Positions 60,947-64,000 of a DNA stretch of 64,000 nt are shown one piece after another (position 1 is the first letter of the stretch; every line of letters begins with the position of its first letter). The notes under the pieces are model-generated. The model saw only the letters and a list, made by a program, of their open reading frames with translations, ran no database searches and was not told where the DNA came from. This DNA is from an uncultured Chloroflexia bacterium (lineage in GTDB: Bacteria; Chloroflexota; Anaerolineae; Anaerolineales; UBA4823): positions 18,324-82,323 of the forward strand of contig CAVTQM010000063.1 of assembly GCA_963736805.1 (NCBI GenBank), given 5' to 3'. Made by a program: the position numbers and the translations under genes.

Positions 60947-61807
60947 TCAATGAACCTCAGGATGGCTTCTAAGTACCACAGCCGCGCCATACCCCACCAC
61001 CTGGGAGGTATCACCGGTTACATCACCCGACGTGGCATGCTTCAGGATCTTAACCACATCTGCACCCATGTCCTTGGCTGCCCAAAGCACGGCTGCTAAT
61101 GCACCTCTTCCACAGGCGAAGCCCTTGCCTTTCTCCTCTGCCTGGATGACAGCCTCCGGGTCGAAGGTCTCGATGCAGCGCAGCATCTCATCATCCAGCT
61201 GGTTTGCCACCTTCTGCGGGTAGAAATGGGACAGGTCTGTGCTTGCCACGAGCAGGGCGTTGCGTCCTTCCAGGGTTTTTGCCAGGCATTGTCCCAGGAT
61301 GCGCGTGACCATGCGACTTTGCTCCCGCACCATCACCGGCAGTAGCTTAAAGGATGTTTCGATCACACGCTGTAGGAAGGGCAGCTCGATTTCCAGCGAG
61401 TGTTCCCTGTCACGCCGTACCTTGCTCAAACCGTAGCCCAATTCTTTCTCAAGCAGCGTATCCAGCATTTGCACCGCCTCGGTATCCACCGGGATGACAC
61501 CGAGAGGGGTTTCATAGGCTTCATGTGCCGTGGTCAGCAAGGGCTCGTTGTAGGGGTAATGCATGGGTGATACGACTGCCACCAGATCTGGTTTGTATCC
61601 CATTAGAGCAGCAAACGCGTAGCCTGCCACCGGGCCTGAGTAAATATGCCCGGCGTGCGGTGCGATGATGGCGACCACTTCGCCGTTCAGCTCCGGCAGT
61701 ATGGCATCGTGGATATAGCGGTCCACGTTGATGGAAAGGCGCTTAGGGTCACCCTCATACCACTGCCCGGCTATTGGGGATGGGCGAATATCGAGGTTGG
61801 TATTCAT
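60947..61807 (-). CDS. Memo-like protein (AmmeMemoRadiSam system protein B)
   Basis: AAGGAGG upstream of ATG 61807. RPSPIAGQWYEGDP, then IAPHAGHIYSGPVAGYAF and STDLSHF. Confidence 0.8.
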   Translation of the reverse strand: MNTNLDIRPSPIAGQWYEGDPKRLSINVDRYIHDAILPELNGEVVAIIAPHAGHIYSGPVAGYAFAALMGYKPDLVAVVSPMHYPYNEPLLTTAHEAYETPLGVIPVDTEAVQMLDTLLEKELGYGLSKVRRDREHSLEIELPFLQRVIETSFKLLPVMVREQSRMVTRILGQCLAKTLEGRNALLVASTDLSHFYPQKVANQLDDEMLRCIETFDPEAVIQAEEKGKGFACGRGALAAVLWAAKDMGADVVKILKHATSGDVTGDTSQVVGYGAAVVLRSHPEVH

Positions 61808-62312
61808 AGGTACCTCCTTATTCTGTTTGGATTGTAGCATATTTGGGGTGCATCATGGCGTTAAATTTCCATTCCCCAATAGTTGGTTTATACAACATGT
61901 ATATTTGCAGTCTAATTGCAAATATACACATTACCAGGAGGCACAGACCATAGAATAGTTGATTATAACTAATTCTGCAAGCTTACCTGAGGGTGATGGG
62001 AATGTTTGGACAGATGGTTAAAGGGGTATAAAATATGTAGAGCCTCCCTTTTTGGGACATTCCCCCCGAATCGCATTACTGTATAGGTAAGGATTGATTT
62101 ATTTTATTTTAATGGCAATATCATGCATACACGTTCAAGATATTCTGCCCCTTGTTGGTATCCAAATAAATATGCTGTTATTTTAAAATTTCTACGTATG
62201 GTTGTTTTTACAAAATCAAAATAGCCTATCAGAGTGGATGGGTGACTTCCATAGCAACGATAATATACTAGAATTCTTTTTTTATTTACTAGTAGACGGA
62301 TGAGATCATTAT

Positions 62313-63899
62313 TTATGGTAATGGCCGCCAAACATGTTCTGGAGAGCAAGTTGTTGGTCCACCATCCATAATATAACCTGTCCAGTTGGTAAATCCCCTT
62401 CCATCGATACTGATCATGCCATCATTTGCCACATCGGCATAATCGTTTAATATAGTGCTTGCAGAATAACAAAAATGAACATATTTTTCGCCAGGTGAAA
62501 AATCATAACTAATAATACTTCGGCCTGTGAGTGCATCTATGCCATCTGTCGGACAATTTATCGATCCATTAGTCAAGTCATAAATGCATAAATCACCGGA
62601 TATTTTGTATGCCTGATCGGTAGATAAGTAAACATAGGTATAGGCAATAGACTTGTCATCTAACATCCAGTGATAAATACCCGTGGTCATTAATGAAAAC
62701 TGATTGGGTATATGTGTATATGGAATACTGGTTAAGCATTTGCTTTTCCCTGATTCCACGTTCAGAATACACGGGGCATCCGTAAAGGCTATCCCGTAGT
62801 TTCTAAAAAAATACTCAGGATTCAGGTAAAGGATATACCGGCTGTCGTGAGACCATTCAATTGGACCAATATTCCCTTTATACGATTTAACAACATTACC
62901 TTCTCTTACATCTACAATAGTTAGCCTCATATCTGATATTTCAATTAAATCTACCGGTAGAGGCCTTCCCCCGATGATCGCTAAGAGGTTGTTGTTAGTT
63001 GGAGACCACTCAAACTCCATGTTCCAAATTCCATTATTGGGATCTGTTTTCCAGATTTCCTGCCCATTGCGAGGGTCGGTAACAATAATTTGGTATTCAG
63101 GTTGTCCTGTATTCCTCATAGCAAAATATGTATTATTCTTCGAATATGTGGATTCAGGATAATTTTTTGCCTGCATAAAATAAAAATCATTATTTGAATT
63201 GTCTTCTCGAATCACAAGTAAACCAGCTAAGAATAATTCACTATTTAGATTAATAAAGCGTGTTTCTTGTTCGTTGGTTTTATGCGTCGATACATCACCG
63301 TTAAGTGTATCAATCAGATATAAGGTTTTTTTATCAATACTAATAAATCCAAAATGACTATTATCGAACCAGAAAAAACCACCAACTTTCTGAGGAACTT
63401 GCATCTCATATTTTTCTCCAGTCGTTGAATTTACAAAAAGCAAGTGGCGTATCTTCTTAATATCATCTGTGATCAGGGCTGTAATGATCGTTGTATTGGG
63501 ATCTGAGATCCAAACTGGCAAATCATAATTGTAAGGAAAGGTCGGCGAGTTTGTTGTCGGAATTGGTATAAAGATTGAAGTGCTTGTTATTTTTTGAGAT
63601 CGTATTTTTGTTGGATTGAGTGACGGTATCATGGTTCTTGAGATTGTAGGTGAAAACGGCAACAGAGTCTCACTGACCTGAAGGGTGATATCTACTTTCT
63701 GGGTACTAATTATATTTGGCAATGATTTTGTTGAAGGAATATCATAATTATTACATCCTGATAGTAAAGGTACGGCAATGACCAGAAACAATATGATCCA
63801 CCTTTTGAATATCCATCCCCATGTTGAAATATAAACACCCCCGAAAACACTTAGCTGCAGAAAAAGGTCATCGAGAAAAATAAAGAAAATTTCTTTCAT
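62313..63899 (-). CDS. Lipoprotein with TolB/PD40-like beta-propeller repeats, encoded in an AT-rich segment
   Basis: Intact 528-aa ORF. Lipobox LLSGC after a hydrophobic stretch. Repeated W/Y-rich blades (EWSPTNNNLLAIIGG, IEWSHDSRYILYLN). Codon usage is visibly A/T-biased compared with the rest of the window. Confidence 0.6.
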   Translation of the reverse strand: MKEIFFIFLDDLFLQLSVFGGVYISTWGWIFKRWIILFLVIAVPLLSGCNNYDIPSTKSLPNIISTQKVDITLQVSETLLPFSPTISRTMIPSLNPTKIRSQKITSTSIFIPIPTTNSPTFPYNYDLPVWISDPNTTIITALITDDIKKIRHLLFVNSTTGEKYEMQVPQKVGGFFWFDNSHFGFISIDKKTLYLIDTLNGDVSTHKTNEQETRFINLNSELFLAGLLVIREDNSNNDFYFMQAKNYPESTYSKNNTYFAMRNTGQPEYQIIVTDPRNGQEIWKTDPNNGIWNMEFEWSPTNNNLLAIIGGRPLPVDLIEISDMRLTIVDVREGNVVKSYKGNIGPIEWSHDSRYILYLNPEYFFRNYGIAFTDAPCILNVESGKSKCLTSIPYTHIPNQFSLMTTGIYHWMLDDKSIAYTYVYLSTDQAYKISGDLCIYDLTNGSINCPTDGIDALTGRSIISYDFSPGEKYVHFCYSASTILNDYADVANDGMISIDGRGFTNWTGYIMDGGPTTCSPEHVWRPLP

Positions 63900-64000
63900 A
63901 ATGATTTATATATTTCTAATTGTCAGGAACTATAAAGGCGATAGAGGTTTATCAATGCTTTCCCATTAATTTAACCACATAATATCTAACTCAGATTAGC

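Noticed and set aside
62104-62349. 81-aa minus-strand ORF that overlaps the 3' end of the lipoprotein gene.
   Set aside because: It overlaps a better-supported gene, lies in AT-rich DNA where spurious ORFs are less constrained, and has no recognisable motif or ribosome-binding site.
1-64000. Programmed ribosomal frameshifting or genuine pseudogenisation as the explanation for the ~28 disrupted loci.
   Set aside because: Three of the four sites I traced to the nucleotide are plain homopolymer runs with no slippery heptamer or structure context. Disruptions occur in unrelated housekeeping genes, and the residues stay conserved after correction. Sequencing or assembly indels are the simpler explanation, though this is unverified without reads.
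1-64000. CRISPR arrays, IS elements, integrases, prophage or known defence-system genes.
   Set aside because: I found no spaced identical repeats and no transposase, integrase, reverse transcriptase or restriction-type ORFs in any frame of the ORF track.

Overview
This is a 64-kb chromosomal fragment from a mid-GC bacterium. The gene content (DUF11 surface repeats, an archaeal-type AcnX/UbiD pair, a Cheo-type LexA box, leaderless-looking promoters) fits a Chloroflexota/Anaerolineae-like draft or metagenome-assembled genome, but that taxon call is low confidence. I can support about 58 protein-coding loci, 2 tRNAs, several intrinsic terminators and two operator arrays. I saw no rRNA, CRISPR array, transposase, integrase or phage genes.

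Gene order, left to right:
- dynamin-like GTPase and FmdB zinc ribbon
- a MacB-type efflux operon: two ATPases (one fused to a cNMP-binding domain), a double-FtsX permease and a HlyD adaptor
- a GC-rich, LexA-box-controlled three-gene cassette ending in a degenerate B-family DNA polymerase
- a peroxiredoxin-glutaredoxin fusion with an in-frame UGA at the catalytic Cys position
- an operon of UbiD-like decarboxylase, two-subunit aconitase X and a class V aminotransferase
- a DUF1906/BNR protein and a ~940-aa DUF11 repeat surface protein
- tRNA-CAU and tRNA-Gly
- housekeeping genes (msrA, ilvE, lipA and others)
- a complete Pho regulon block: response regulator, kinase, pstSCAB, phoU and an ArsC-like phosphatase
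- NfeD and a C39-like peptidase
- sbcD and sbcC, split by a membrane protein on the opposite strand
- a GT2 glycosyltransferase
- an octaheme HAO-family cytochrome with a polytopic membrane partner
- priA, a CorC-type transporter and a Memo-like protein
- an AT-rich right edge encoding a lipoprotein beta-propeller.

Main caveat: nearly half of the loci need one or more frame corrections, and the sites I checked lie mostly at homopolymer runs, while several long genes are intact. I read most disruptions as assembly or sequencing indels rather than true pseudogenes.

The strongest candidate for a new system is the LexA-controlled cassette at 8.5-11.9 kb (an ImuA-like protein, a small protein and an exonuclease-degenerate PolB).
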